From Candidatus Levyibacteriota bacterium (lineage in GTDB: Bacteria > Patescibacteriota > Microgenomatia > Levybacterales > UBA12049), in assembly GCA_027459725.1 (NCBI GenBank), contig DAIDHK010000004.1, positions 7,050 to 71,049 on the forward strand: a stretch of DNA of 64,000 nt, read 5' to 3'. A program made the translations under genes and the position numbers. The notes under the pieces are model-generated. The model did not search any database, was not told the origin of the DNA, and worked only from the letters and a program-made list of their open reading frames with translations. Each line of letters starts with the position of its first letter. The stretch's first letter is position 1. Positions 20,424 through 29,349 of the stretch are shown piece by piece.

Positions 20424-20694
20424 TTTACGCACCTACATATAGTTGTACATATAGAAACATGTATATACAAAACTTCGTTTTGTAAGATATTTTCTTCTAA
20501 GAAAGAAAATACCCACGTCTTTCTGTTAGTAAAGGCTGAGGTAATTCCTGCCTTCAACTACTAAAAATAATGTCTAAGGTTCTTAGACATATCAAACTAT
20601 ATCAGTTCTAAATCTTAATATATTTGACAAAACTAATGTAAACTATATGTAGTTCGGTATTGAATCGGTAGCGGTTCGGTAGCAACGAGAACAA

Positions 20695-21276
20695 ATGGAT
20701 ACAGTATTACCTGAAAACAATGATTTATGGCTTAAAGTTATGGCTAGGTATATTTCAGATACCTCTGTTTCCTATGCTCAGCTTTCAAAGGAGTTTGGGA
20801 TTTCAACTCGAGCTATCGAAAAGCATGGCTCTGAAGAAGCTTGGCCTCGAATTAGAGCCGACATCCATATTCAAGCAATGAAACGCATACAGGAAAAAAC
20901 TCTTAATGAATTGGTGAAATACAAAGAAAAGTTAATCAAAACTGGTATGCTCGTAAGCGCGAAAGCGCTAAGACAGCTAACAGAAGGAAACATTGAGCCA
21001 GAAACTCCATCAGAAGTCCTGCGCTATCTTGAGACTGGGATTCGTTTGGAAGGAGAAGGTCTAGGTTTTAATCCGCATGAACAATCTCAAAATACTACCG
21101 TTAATGTCCAAAGCAAAATTTATGCCAAACCGTACATGACATGGGCAAATGGTGAACCACTGCCACCCTACAGAAAACCAATTGAGACTTTTGAAGAGGA
21201 ACAGGCGTGGCTAAAAGAGGAAGAACTTAAAAGACAACAAGAACTTGCTCAAACTAACGGAAACACTGTAGGTTAG
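20695..21276 (+). CDS. HTH protein resembling a phage terminase small subunit
   Basis: N-terminal YISDTSVSYAQLSKEFGISTRAIEKH HTH followed by a coiled/oligomerisation-like region. No large terminase is nearby. Confidence 0.3.
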   Translation: MDTVLPENNDLWLKVMARYISDTSVSYAQLSKEFGISTRAIEKHGSEEAWPRIRADIHIQAMKRIQEKTLNELVKYKEKLIKTGMLVSAKALRQLTEGNIEPETPSEVLRYLETGIRLEGEGLGFNPHEQSQNTTVNVQSKIYAKPYMTWANGEPLPPYRKPIETFEEEQAWLKEEELKRQQELAQTNGNTVG

Positions 21277-21407
21277 CTTTTGGAAGCTGTTGAAACGATA
21301 ATCCAATACTTAACTATGTTTTTAATAAAAATGCGCCTAAATTGATTTTGGATATCCACCGTTGACCCAAGTAATACTTATCAATTCTTTATTCTAGTGT
21401 TTTGGGA

Positions 21408-21896
21408 TTACATTCCAAGGAGCTGTTTCTTCTTTACGGCAAATTCTTTTTCAGTGATTATACCTTTCTTCTTTAGTTGTGCTAATTTTTCTAACTTATC
21501 AAGGTTATCATCTTTTGCTTCTATCGATTGGCTAATTGATTTATGCTTCCCAAGTGCATTTACTCTCTGTTGAATATCGGCTTTTAATTTTTCGGGGTTA
21601 ATTATTCCTTTTACAACTTCTCCTAAAGCATCGTTACCGCTGAGGATAATAACATCTCCAAAATTTAATATACTCCCTAGAAATCCTTGTTCAATTTTAA
21701 TTGAGTTTATCTTGTCGTAATTTATAGATATGTTTCTTTTATTGATTATTCCTCGTTTCAGAACTACCGCTTCATCTGTCAAAACTATGTAGTTTCTTGT
21801 ATATCCAATTACATCTAGCCATGTTTGAGGCATAAGTATCCTAAGTGGATTTGTTCCAGTAATCGAAAATGGACTTCTTCTATAAATGACTTCCAT
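21408..21896 (-). CDS. Bacterial PH-domain (bPH_2/YdbT-like) protein with C-terminal SHOCT motif
   Basis: The central beta-rich region fits bPH_2. The C-terminal LAQLKKKGIITEKEFAVKKKQLL is a SHOCT-type oligomerisation tail. Confidence 0.55.
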   Translation of the reverse strand: MEVIYRRSPFSITGTNPLRILMPQTWLDVIGYTRNYIVLTDEAVVLKRGIINKRNISINYDKINSIKIEQGFLGSILNFGDVIILSGNDALGEVVKGIINPEKLKADIQQRVNALGKHKSISQSIEAKDDNLDKLEKLAQLKKKGIITEKEFAVKKKQLLGM

Positions 21897-21902
21897 AATA
21901 TT

Positions 21903-21982
21903 ATTGACCTACAGTCAACATTATATAACTGTCAGTAAAAGAAAATCAAGATATTAGCCTCTATATTGTTGACTGTCAGTAA
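21903..21982. promoter_or_regulatory. Operator-like palindromes (C-box candidates) in the divergent promoter before the C-protein / Type III restriction-modification operon
   Basis: TTGACctacaGTCAA at 21903-17. Repeated AACTGTCAGTAAA at 21926-38 and GACTGTCAGTAAA at 21970-82, each containing the ACTGtCAGT palindrome. Confidence 0.3.
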
Positions 21983-22018
21983 ATACACTTTCAAATGCCT
22001 CCTTGTTACCCTTAAAGC

Positions 22019-22249
22019 ATGAATAAAATAAGCAACAACGAAGGTAGCAAAGCTCTTTCTCTAGGATATACCATTAAAGAGCTAAGATTGCGAAGAAAGA
22101 TGACGCAAGAGAAATTAGCAGAAAAGACAGGAATTTCACAAAATTACCTAGCAATTATTGAAATGGGTGCTAAGATTCCAAGCCTAAGAGTTCTTATGAA
22201 GATAGCCGATTCACTACAAACAAAAGTAAAAGACCTAATTTCTTTTTAA
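22019..22249 (+). CDS. XRE-family HTH controller (C) protein
   Basis: 76 aa. LRLRRKMTQEKLAEKTGISQNYLAIIEMG is a Cro/C1-type HTH. Sits directly upstream of mod. Confidence 0.65.
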   Translation: MNKISNNEGSKALSLGYTIKELRLRRKMTQEKLAEKTGISQNYLAIIEMGAKIPSLRVLMKIADSLQTKVKDLISF

Positions 22250-22297
22250 TTTCCTCTTTTAGGATATAGTCTGCTGTGGTAAGATTGTAGGTAAGTT

Positions 22298-23929
22298 ATG
22301 CCGCAATTTACATGGATTGGAAAAGATAAAGTTGAAAATCACGATAAAGACTTGTCATTCAGAGTACTTAAACCAAATAAATCCTTATCTGTTGGTGATT
22401 CAGACAACCTTCTTATTGAAGGAGATAACCTCGAAGCACTAAAAGCTTTAATGCCCTTTTATTACAACAAGGTTAAATGTATTTATATTGACCCTCCCTA
22501 CAATACTGGGAATGAAAAATGGGTTTATAACGATAAAGTAAATTCGCCACAAATTAAGAAATGGTTAAATTCAGTGGTCGGAATTGAAGATTTAGAAAGA
22601 CACGACAAATGGTTATGCATGATGTATCCAAGATTAAAATTATTACACGAATTACTTGGGGACGATGGAGTGATTTTTATCTCAATAGATGACAATGAGG
22701 TAAATAATTTACGCTTGATGATGGATGAAATTTTCAGCCCAAAGAATTTTGTGTCGCTTATTAGTGTTCAGATTAACCCTAGAGGCAGAAGCCTAGATAG
22801 ATTTTTAGCAAAAACCCATGAATATATTCTTCTATATGCAAAGAATATTGAAAACGATAATGCAATAAATCTTATTCCTAAGGAGGGCATATCTTTGAAG
22901 AGTTATAACAGGAAAGACGAAAAAGGAATTTATAGAGAGTTAGAGTTAAGAAATAGAAATCCGGTTTTCGGTAGAAATAATCGTCCCAATCTGTATTATC
23001 CGCTCTATGTTAATCCAAGCAGCGGGAAGATTAGTTTAAGCAAATCTAATGATTACACAATTGAAGTATTTCCTCTTAACTCAAAAAGGGAGGAGGGATG
23101 TTGGACTTGGGGAAAAAATAAAGTAGCGTCAGAAATTAACAAATTAGTCGGCAAAAAGGTATCCACAGGAGTTTGGAGAATTGCTAGAAAAGATTATTTA
23201 TACAATGAAGAGGGAGTAGAATCCTTAGCAAAAGCTAAAGCGATATGGTTAGATTCGGAATTCAATAATGAAAATGGCAAGGAAACAATGAGAAAAATTT
23301 TCGGAGGCAATTCCCCATTTGATTACCCTAAATCAGTTGAACTAATTAAGCACTGTATTAAATTGGGTTCAAAAAATAACGATATAATACTCGATTCATT
23401 TGCTGGGTCAGGGACAACTGGTCAAGCTGTTTTGGAATTAAATAAAGAAGATGGTGGAAGTAGAAAATTCATTTTGGTTGAACTTGAAAAAGAAATTGCT
23501 AGTAAAGTAACTGCAACGCGCTTACAAAAAGTTATTCAAGGCTATGATGGGGCGTTATTCCCTGAAGGAACTGGGCAAGGCTTTCAATATCTTGACCTCA
23601 ACGGCGAACTTTTTGACAATGGTGGTTTTATTAATCCAAATGCTCAATATGAGGACTTAGCTTCATATATCTACTTTACCGAAACTCATAGCTATCTTGA
23701 TTTAGCTTCTATTAAAAATCTGTATCTTGGGAGCATGGGACAAAATCATTACTTCCTTTTATTCTCAAGCAAAGGTAAAAATGTGCTGGATGATAAATCC
23801 GTAAAACCTATGCTAACTCAAGATGGAACTAAAGTAATCTATGCGGATAAGTGCTTGTTGGATGAAGAGTTTTGTCTCAAAAACAATATTATCTTTAAAC
23901 AAATTCCTTATGAACTAAAGAAATTTTAA
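22298..23929 (+). CDS. mod: Type III restriction-modification methyltransferase (Mod), beta-class N6-A/N4-C MTase
   Basis: Motif IV IYIDPPYNTG is N-terminal and motif I FAGSGTTGQAV is C-terminal, with a variable target-recognition domain between (beta permutation typical of Type III Mod). Confidence 0.85.
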   Translation: MPQFTWIGKDKVENHDKDLSFRVLKPNKSLSVGDSDNLLIEGDNLEALKALMPFYYNKVKCIYIDPPYNTGNEKWVYNDKVNSPQIKKWLNSVVGIEDLERHDKWLCMMYPRLKLLHELLGDDGVIFISIDDNEVNNLRLMMDEIFSPKNFVSLISVQINPRGRSLDRFLAKTHEYILLYAKNIENDNAINLIPKEGISLKSYNRKDEKGIYRELELRNRNPVFGRNNRPNLYYPLYVNPSSGKISLSKSNDYTIEVFPLNSKREEGCWTWGKNKVASEINKLVGKKVSTGVWRIARKDYLYNEEGVESLAKAKAIWLDSEFNNENGKETMRKIFGGNSPFDYPKSVELIKHCIKLGSKNNDIILDSFAGSGTTGQAVLELNKEDGGSRKFILVELEKEIASKVTATRLQKVIQGYDGALFPEGTGQGFQYLDLNGELFDNGGFINPNAQYEDLASYIYFTETHSYLDLASIKNLYLGSMGQNHYFLLFSSKGKNVLDDKSVKPMLTQDGTKVIYADKCLLDEEFCLKNNIIFKQIPYELKKF

Positions 23930-23930
23930 T

Positions 23931-26243
23931 ATGTTTCAATTAAAACAATACCAACAAACTACACTTGATGAATTAAAACAATTTCTTACCGACGCTTCTA
24001 CGTTAAAAGGCTCAAGAGGCATAAGGCTCGCATTTTTAGATAAAGCGGGAGAAGAAGGAAAAGCATATAAACCAATTCCAAAACTTGAAGAAACTCCATT
24101 TATTTGCATAAAAATTCCTACTGGTGGAGGAAAAACTGTTGTTGCGTGTCATAGCCTTTCAGTTATTCTTGATAATTACTTTCAAGAGAAAAATGGAACA
24201 GGACTTGTTATGTGGTTTGTGCCATCTGATGCTATCCGTAACCAAACACTCAAAGCCTTGAAAGACAGAAACCACCCATACCGGGAAGCATTGGATTCTC
24301 AGTTTGGTAATAACATAAAGATTTTTACTGTAGAAGAAGCTCTTTCCCTTCAAAAATCAGATATTCAAAATAACCTTTGTATTGTTGTTTCTAGTCTTGC
24401 AGCATTCAGAAGAAATGATAAGTTGTGGCTAAAAGTTTTCCAAAGTAATGGCGCTTTGCTTTCTCATTTTGAGAATCTCGTTGAGGATACTAACTTTTTA
24501 GATAAAGACGAAGAAGGAGGAATTTATTACTCTCTTGCCAATGTTATTAAAATCAACTCACCCATTGTCGTTTTAGATGAAGGACACAATGCTCAAACCC
24601 CACTTTCTTTTGAGATGCTTCAAAATCTTAACCCCTCCTTTATCATTGAATATACCGCTACACCAAGACAAGAAAGCAATGTACTTGTTGAAATTTCTGC
24701 CTCAGAATTAAAAGCACAAAAAATGGTGAAAATCCCTATCTGGCTTTCCAATGTCTCGCAATGGCAAGAAACAATCAGGGATGGAATAAACCAGTTAAAA
24801 GAGTTAGAGAAACTTGCTCTCAAAGAAAAACGTGAAACAAAAGAATATATTAGACCAATAATGCTTTTACAAGCTGAGCAAGAAAAAGAAAGTGAAAGTA
24901 AGATTTATGTTGAGCAGATTAAAGATTTTTTGACTTCCGAGCTTAAAGTTCCAGAAGATGAAATTGCAATTAAAACATCCAAGCAGGACGAAATAAGCAA
25001 TATTGACCTTTTATCTCCTAAATGCAAAATACGCTATATTATTACCGTTAACGCCTTAAAAGAAGGATGGGATTGTCCGTTTGCGTATGTCCTTGTTTCT
25101 GTTGCCAATATTGGCTCTACAATTGCCGTAGAACAAACCATTGGACGTATTATGCGTCTTCCTAACGCAATGGAGAAGAAAAACTTAGAACTGAATAATT
25201 CCTATGTCTTCACTTCTTCAGAAAACTTTAGAAAAGCTTCAGATGCGATAATCAAAGGTCTTGAACAGCATGGCTACTCAAAAGAGGATTTAAAAGAAAA
25301 CAAAGGTAAAATTGTCGTTGAAAAAGAAGAATACAAACAAGTGATTAAAGATGACAGCATTGAAATACCTTTGTTTGGACTCAAAGGAAGGACAGATAGT
25401 CTTGCTTTTAATAGAGACTTAATCGGAAACGAATTTTTGCTTGAAAAGTTTTACAAACCATTTGATATTAACTTTCATGAAGACCAGAATAGGAAAGCAA
25501 GAATTGATATAGACGAAAAAAATGGTCTTTTCAAAATCACGCAAGGAAAATTATCATTAATTTTATATCCTGAAGACTTTTCACTTGAGGAAGTAACAAA
25601 CTGGCTTAAAAGAAACGTGAGAAAACCAATTATAGCTTCCGAGGAAATGGCTGTATATATTGATTTGTTAATTAAGGATTTGTCTAAAACGCATAGCATA
25701 GAAGAACTAAGTCTTAATCGGTTTAGGCTAAAAGAGCGAATTTTAGAAGAAGTGTCAAAAATCATACAGGAGTACGCGACAAAACGATTTGATACGCTGT
25801 TAAATAAAGGTGAAATATCAGTACACTCTGCCTACTACACTCCAGAAAAAGAAATTTCTTTAGCAAGAATTTGCCCGGAACATTTCAATAAGCACTTGTT
25901 TGAAAGAGCAGGAAATTTAAATGGAGAAGAAACTGAACTTGCTTCAAGGCTGGATATACTGGATAACATTGAGTGGTGGTACAGAAACAGAGAGAAAGAG
26001 GATTTTTACCTTCAAGGCTGGCAATCTGGTAAATTTTACCCTGATATTATTGTCAAAACAAAAAAAGGAGATTATTTATTAATTGAGTATAAGGGAGAGG
26101 ACAGATTATCAAATGAAGATACTGAGTACAAGGTAAAACTAGGAAAGCTATGGGAGAAGATGAATGAAAATGGAAATAAATTTTTCTTGGTTAGCAAAGC
26201 AAATATGGATGATGTATTAAAGCAAATGGCTTTATTAAAATAG
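23931..26243 (+). CDS. res: Type III restriction endonuclease (Res): SF2 helicase plus C-terminal PD-(D/E)xK nuclease
   Basis: Walker A IPTGGGKTVVA, motif II VVLDEGHNA, C-terminal YPDIIVKTKKGDYLLIEYKGE. Starts 2 bp after mod. Confidence 0.85.
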   Translation: MFQLKQYQQTTLDELKQFLTDASTLKGSRGIRLAFLDKAGEEGKAYKPIPKLEETPFICIKIPTGGGKTVVACHSLSVILDNYFQEKNGTGLVMWFVPSDAIRNQTLKALKDRNHPYREALDSQFGNNIKIFTVEEALSLQKSDIQNNLCIVVSSLAAFRRNDKLWLKVFQSNGALLSHFENLVEDTNFLDKDEEGGIYYSLANVIKINSPIVVLDEGHNAQTPLSFEMLQNLNPSFIIEYTATPRQESNVLVEISASELKAQKMVKIPIWLSNVSQWQETIRDGINQLKELEKLALKEKRETKEYIRPIMLLQAEQEKESESKIYVEQIKDFLTSELKVPEDEIAIKTSKQDEISNIDLLSPKCKIRYIITVNALKEGWDCPFAYVLVSVANIGSTIAVEQTIGRIMRLPNAMEKKNLELNNSYVFTSSENFRKASDAIIKGLEQHGYSKEDLKENKGKIVVEKEEYKQVIKDDSIEIPLFGLKGRTDSLAFNRDLIGNEFLLEKFYKPFDINFHEDQNRKARIDIDEKNGLFKITQGKLSLILYPEDFSLEEVTNWLKRNVRKPIIASEEMAVYIDLLIKDLSKTHSIEELSLNRFRLKERILEEVSKIIQEYATKRFDTLLNKGEISVHSAYYTPEKEISLARICPEHFNKHLFERAGNLNGEETELASRLDILDNIEWWYRNREKEDFYLQGWQSGKFYPDIIVKTKKGDYLLIEYKGEDRLSNEDTEYKVKLGKLWEKMNENGNKFFLVSKANMDDVLKQMALLK

Positions 26244-26256
26244 CCTAATCAATTTT

Positions 26257-27210
26257 ATGCCAATTTATAAAAATAGTAATGGCAAACTTACGCCTATTAA
26301 AGAACAGAGGGTATCCCTTGAGAGAGATTTGCAAAAGTTAACAGAGGCTAATTTGGAAAATATTTTTGGGTTAACTTTTATAAGTGGAGCCTCAAATCAA
26401 GAATTTAGTGTTCGAGTAAATGAGCAGGATTTTTACCTTGATACTCTTGCATTTGATGCCTCTAAAAATTCCTTTGTCATAATTGAATACAAGAAGGATA
26501 AAAGTTTTAGTGTCATTGACCAAGGTTTTGCCTATCTTGCTGCAATGCTTAATAATCAAGCTGCATTTATTTTGGAATTGAATGAGAGATTAAAGAAAAC
26601 TTATACCAGGAAAGATATTAACTGGGAAGAATCGAGAGTTATCTTTATTTCTCCTGAATTTACAAACTATCAAAAGAACGCTATCAACTTTAAGGATTTA
26701 CCAATGTATCTTTATGAGGCTCGATTTTACGATAATGAATTAGTTGAGTATGACCCTATTAAACCTTATAAGACCAGTGAATCTATACGTAAAATCTCAA
26801 AGGATAAAGTAATTCAAACCGTCACAAAACAAGTAAAAGTCTACACCTTAGATGACCTTTTTGCGCCTTCATGGACAGATTCCCGCGAACTCTTTAATCA
26901 GCTTCAAGAATTGATAATAAAACTAGGCGCAGATGTTTCCGAAAATATAACGAAACAATATATTGCCTTTAAGGCAAAGAAGAATGGACAAGGCTATAAT
27001 TTTGTTGAAGTTGTACCACAAGCCAACGGTCTAAAAATACACTTAGATATGTCTAAAAATGAACTAAAAGACGACAGGAATATTACAGAAGACGTCTCAA
27101 AAAAAGGACATTGGGCTACGGGAAATACTAAATTTAGCTTAAACGATAGTGAAAATCTCGAATATGCCATTAAGCTAATTGAACAAAGTTATAACAAAGT
27201 TACAAGATAA
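26257..27210 (+). CDS. PD-(D/E)xK nuclease-fold protein (NucS/DUF91-like N-terminus, extended C-terminal domain)
   Basis: N-terminal ERDLQKLTEANLENIFGL...DTLAFDASKNSFVIIEYKKD matches the restriction-endonuclease-like fold. Lies 14 bp downstream of res on the same strand. Confidence 0.4.
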   Translation: MPIYKNSNGKLTPIKEQRVSLERDLQKLTEANLENIFGLTFISGASNQEFSVRVNEQDFYLDTLAFDASKNSFVIIEYKKDKSFSVIDQGFAYLAAMLNNQAAFILELNERLKKTYTRKDINWEESRVIFISPEFTNYQKNAINFKDLPMYLYEARFYDNELVEYDPIKPYKTSESIRKISKDKVIQTVTKQVKVYTLDDLFAPSWTDSRELFNQLQELIIKLGADVSENITKQYIAFKAKKNGQGYNFVEVVPQANGLKIHLDMSKNELKDDRNITEDVSKKGHWATGNTKFSLNDSENLEYAIKLIEQSYNKVTR

Positions 27211-27258
27211 ATTGTACTAAAATTAAACACATATTACAGGAATCAATTTTGGGAAAAA

Positions 27259-28002
27259 TTACCTTTGCTTCTTAAAATTATCCAGTGATTTTAATCCTCT
27301 TTGCACACCAGTCAATTGTCCAGGAATTTGATTAGCTTTAACATAATTATCAAATGCTACTAAGATTTGGTTTACAAAATTAACAAGCTTGTCTAGGCAA
27401 CCATCAATCTCTCCACTTAAGACCCATGCTAAATGCACATTCTTCCATTCGTCTTCACTTGGGGAATACAGACGTTCTTTTGAGGGATGTTCAACTAAAT
27501 CCCTATTTGTAAGAATTTTCTGAAGGCAGTCTGGTACGGGAAGTTTGAGGCTTAAATTTTTAAGAAGAATTGATAATCGTTCATAGATTGTAAAATTCTC
27601 CCAAGGCACTTCAACCTTACCACCCTTATGAATGTGAATATTATTTATCATTGTTAACATTTCTGTAGTCATGTATTCAAAAGCAAGTTTGGTAAAAATA
27701 AGAAATTGCATTGAAGCAAATTCTAGGTCGTCTCTTAATTGGTCATCTAATAAACGGGTATTATCATTTCCTACCGGTAATGCCCTTGCTTTATTTAGTA
27801 AATCTAAGACATCGTTATAAAAGTTTGCACTTTTAGAGAGGAGCATTGAATGCCTGTGATATTGAACAAAATAATATTTTCCCCAAACATTGTCCTTTGA
27901 AGGCTGAACTAGAGCTATATTTGCTCCTTTTGCGTGAGGCTTTGCTAGCGCAGGGTCAGAGATATTTCGTAATTTACTACCCTTAATGGTTTGCTTTTTC
28001 AT
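27259..28002 (-). CDS. Hypothetical protein, second gene of the unknown two-gene operon
   Basis: 247 aa. No recognisable motif. 9 bp downstream of the 405-aa gene. Confidence 0.5.
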   Translation of the reverse strand: MKKQTIKGSKLRNISDPALAKPHAKGANIALVQPSKDNVWGKYYFVQYHRHSMLLSKSANFYNDVLDLLNKARALPVGNDNTRLLDDQLRDDLEFASMQFLIFTKLAFEYMTTEMLTMINNIHIHKGGKVEVPWENFTIYERLSILLKNLSLKLPVPDCLQKILTNRDLVEHPSKERLYSPSEDEWKNVHLAWVLSGEIDGCLDKLVNFVNQILVAFDNYVKANQIPGQLTGVQRGLKSLDNFKKQR

Positions 28003-28011
28003 GTTTATACC

Positions 28012-29229
28012 TTATGACTTTTGGAGCCAATTGTAAATAGCAGTGCGGGTTATATAGAATAAATCTTCTTGAAGTTTTCTCTGGTCATCTTTTTTTGCAT
28101 CCATTCCAAAATGCCAAGGTTCTAAGTCTGATTGTAACAAATCCATACCATGTGCAAGCTGTGACCTGATTTTGTAAATTGTTTTCTTGGCTAATGGGTA
28201 TTGGTCAATATTTGGAACATTTTCTTTTAAGAATTCCTGGAAGTGTTTTGTAATGTGATAGCGGGGTTGTCCACAACACTTACAAATATCTTCATTCTGT
28301 AAAAGCGGTTGATTGCAACATTTACAAACTTCTTTATCTTGAGTAAGGCATTCAAGTGCAGTAACCAGTTCTATAAATGCAGATGATTGAGACTCTTGCC
28401 AAGTATACGAGTGTTGGGCATACCAACTACATGCCATGAAAAACTTTCTCCATTTCGTATTATCCAGCGAGAAAGCCTTATCTAAAGATGCTTCTAAATT
28501 ATCAGGTAGTTTAAATGCGTCAAGCGACCTACCTTGAGATGAATAATATTTTTTATATTCCTCTCTTTCTATTGGCTTAAAGTCATCTAAGGATGAGAAT
28601 TTACCAGCGTTATCTGGTAAGCTTTTAGGGAAATATCCTAACTGAACCCATTTCGTTGTCGCATTGTTTAGGTCATCTGTATTTATATAAGCCCATGCTG
28701 ATTGGTTATATCGATTACCAAGCCAAATATGCTGGTTTACTAACTGATTTAATAATCGAGAGTAAATGGTAGCTCTTTCTGTTAGTCGATTGTTGTTAAA
28801 TAAGAAATTTGAACTCTTTTTAATCTTAATTTCCAAAACAAAAGGGTGGTCTGCAATTGCTAAATCTGCTTTTGGTGCGCTATCAGGAACTGGGAGTATC
28901 TGAAATAAATCATTATACTTAAAATAGCCTGTTACTCTTTCGGTACAAAATCCAATTACTTGTCTAACAACTTCTCCATGGTCAGTAATAAGATTGTCTT
29001 GAATTTTCTTTTCGAGTTGGAAGAGTTCATCTTCTGGAAAATCCTTTGAGAGATTATACTCTTTTATACTACCGTCGTCGTTACAAACTAAATCAACATA
29101 AACATTTGAGTTTTGTTTCCCATACCTATAAGTAAATTCCCCTGTATTCTGCGCTAGATTGAAATACATTAACAATATTTGCATTAACTCTTGAGGTTTC
29201 ACTTCATTGATGTGCAAATAATCTTTCAT
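28012..29229 (-). CDS. Hypothetical protein with Zn-ribbon (CxCC-x12-CxCC) and C-terminal HEPN-like Rx4H motif
   Basis: 405 aa. CKCCNQPLLQNEDICKCCGQP is followed by YKIRSQLAHGMDLL (R-x4-H) in a helical C-terminal region. The N-terminal half is unknown. Confidence 0.5.
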   Translation of the reverse strand: MKDYLHINEVKPQELMQILLMYFNLAQNTGEFTYRYGKQNSNVYVDLVCNDDGSIKEYNLSKDFPEDELFQLEKKIQDNLITDHGEVVRQVIGFCTERVTGYFKYNDLFQILPVPDSAPKADLAIADHPFVLEIKIKKSSNFLFNNNRLTERATIYSRLLNQLVNQHIWLGNRYNQSAWAYINTDDLNNATTKWVQLGYFPKSLPDNAGKFSSLDDFKPIEREEYKKYYSSQGRSLDAFKLPDNLEASLDKAFSLDNTKWRKFFMACSWYAQHSYTWQESQSSAFIELVTALECLTQDKEVCKCCNQPLLQNEDICKCCGQPRYHITKHFQEFLKENVPNIDQYPLAKKTIYKIRSQLAHGMDLLQSDLEPWHFGMDAKKDDQRKLQEDLFYITRTAIYNWLQKS

Positions 29230-29349
29230 AATTTATAAGGTAATTATACCAAAGCTCAATATTATAAAAACGTTCCTTTATATTTCCCACTATCATAAAA
29301 AGAAAAGGCTTGCATTGGCTATAGGATTTCATATAATAAAATTATTAAC

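Noticed and set aside
22298-23929. Phase-variable simple-sequence repeats in the Type III mod gene
   Set aside because: No homopolymer or tetranucleotide tracts longer than about 6 units are visible in the mod ORF or its leader.
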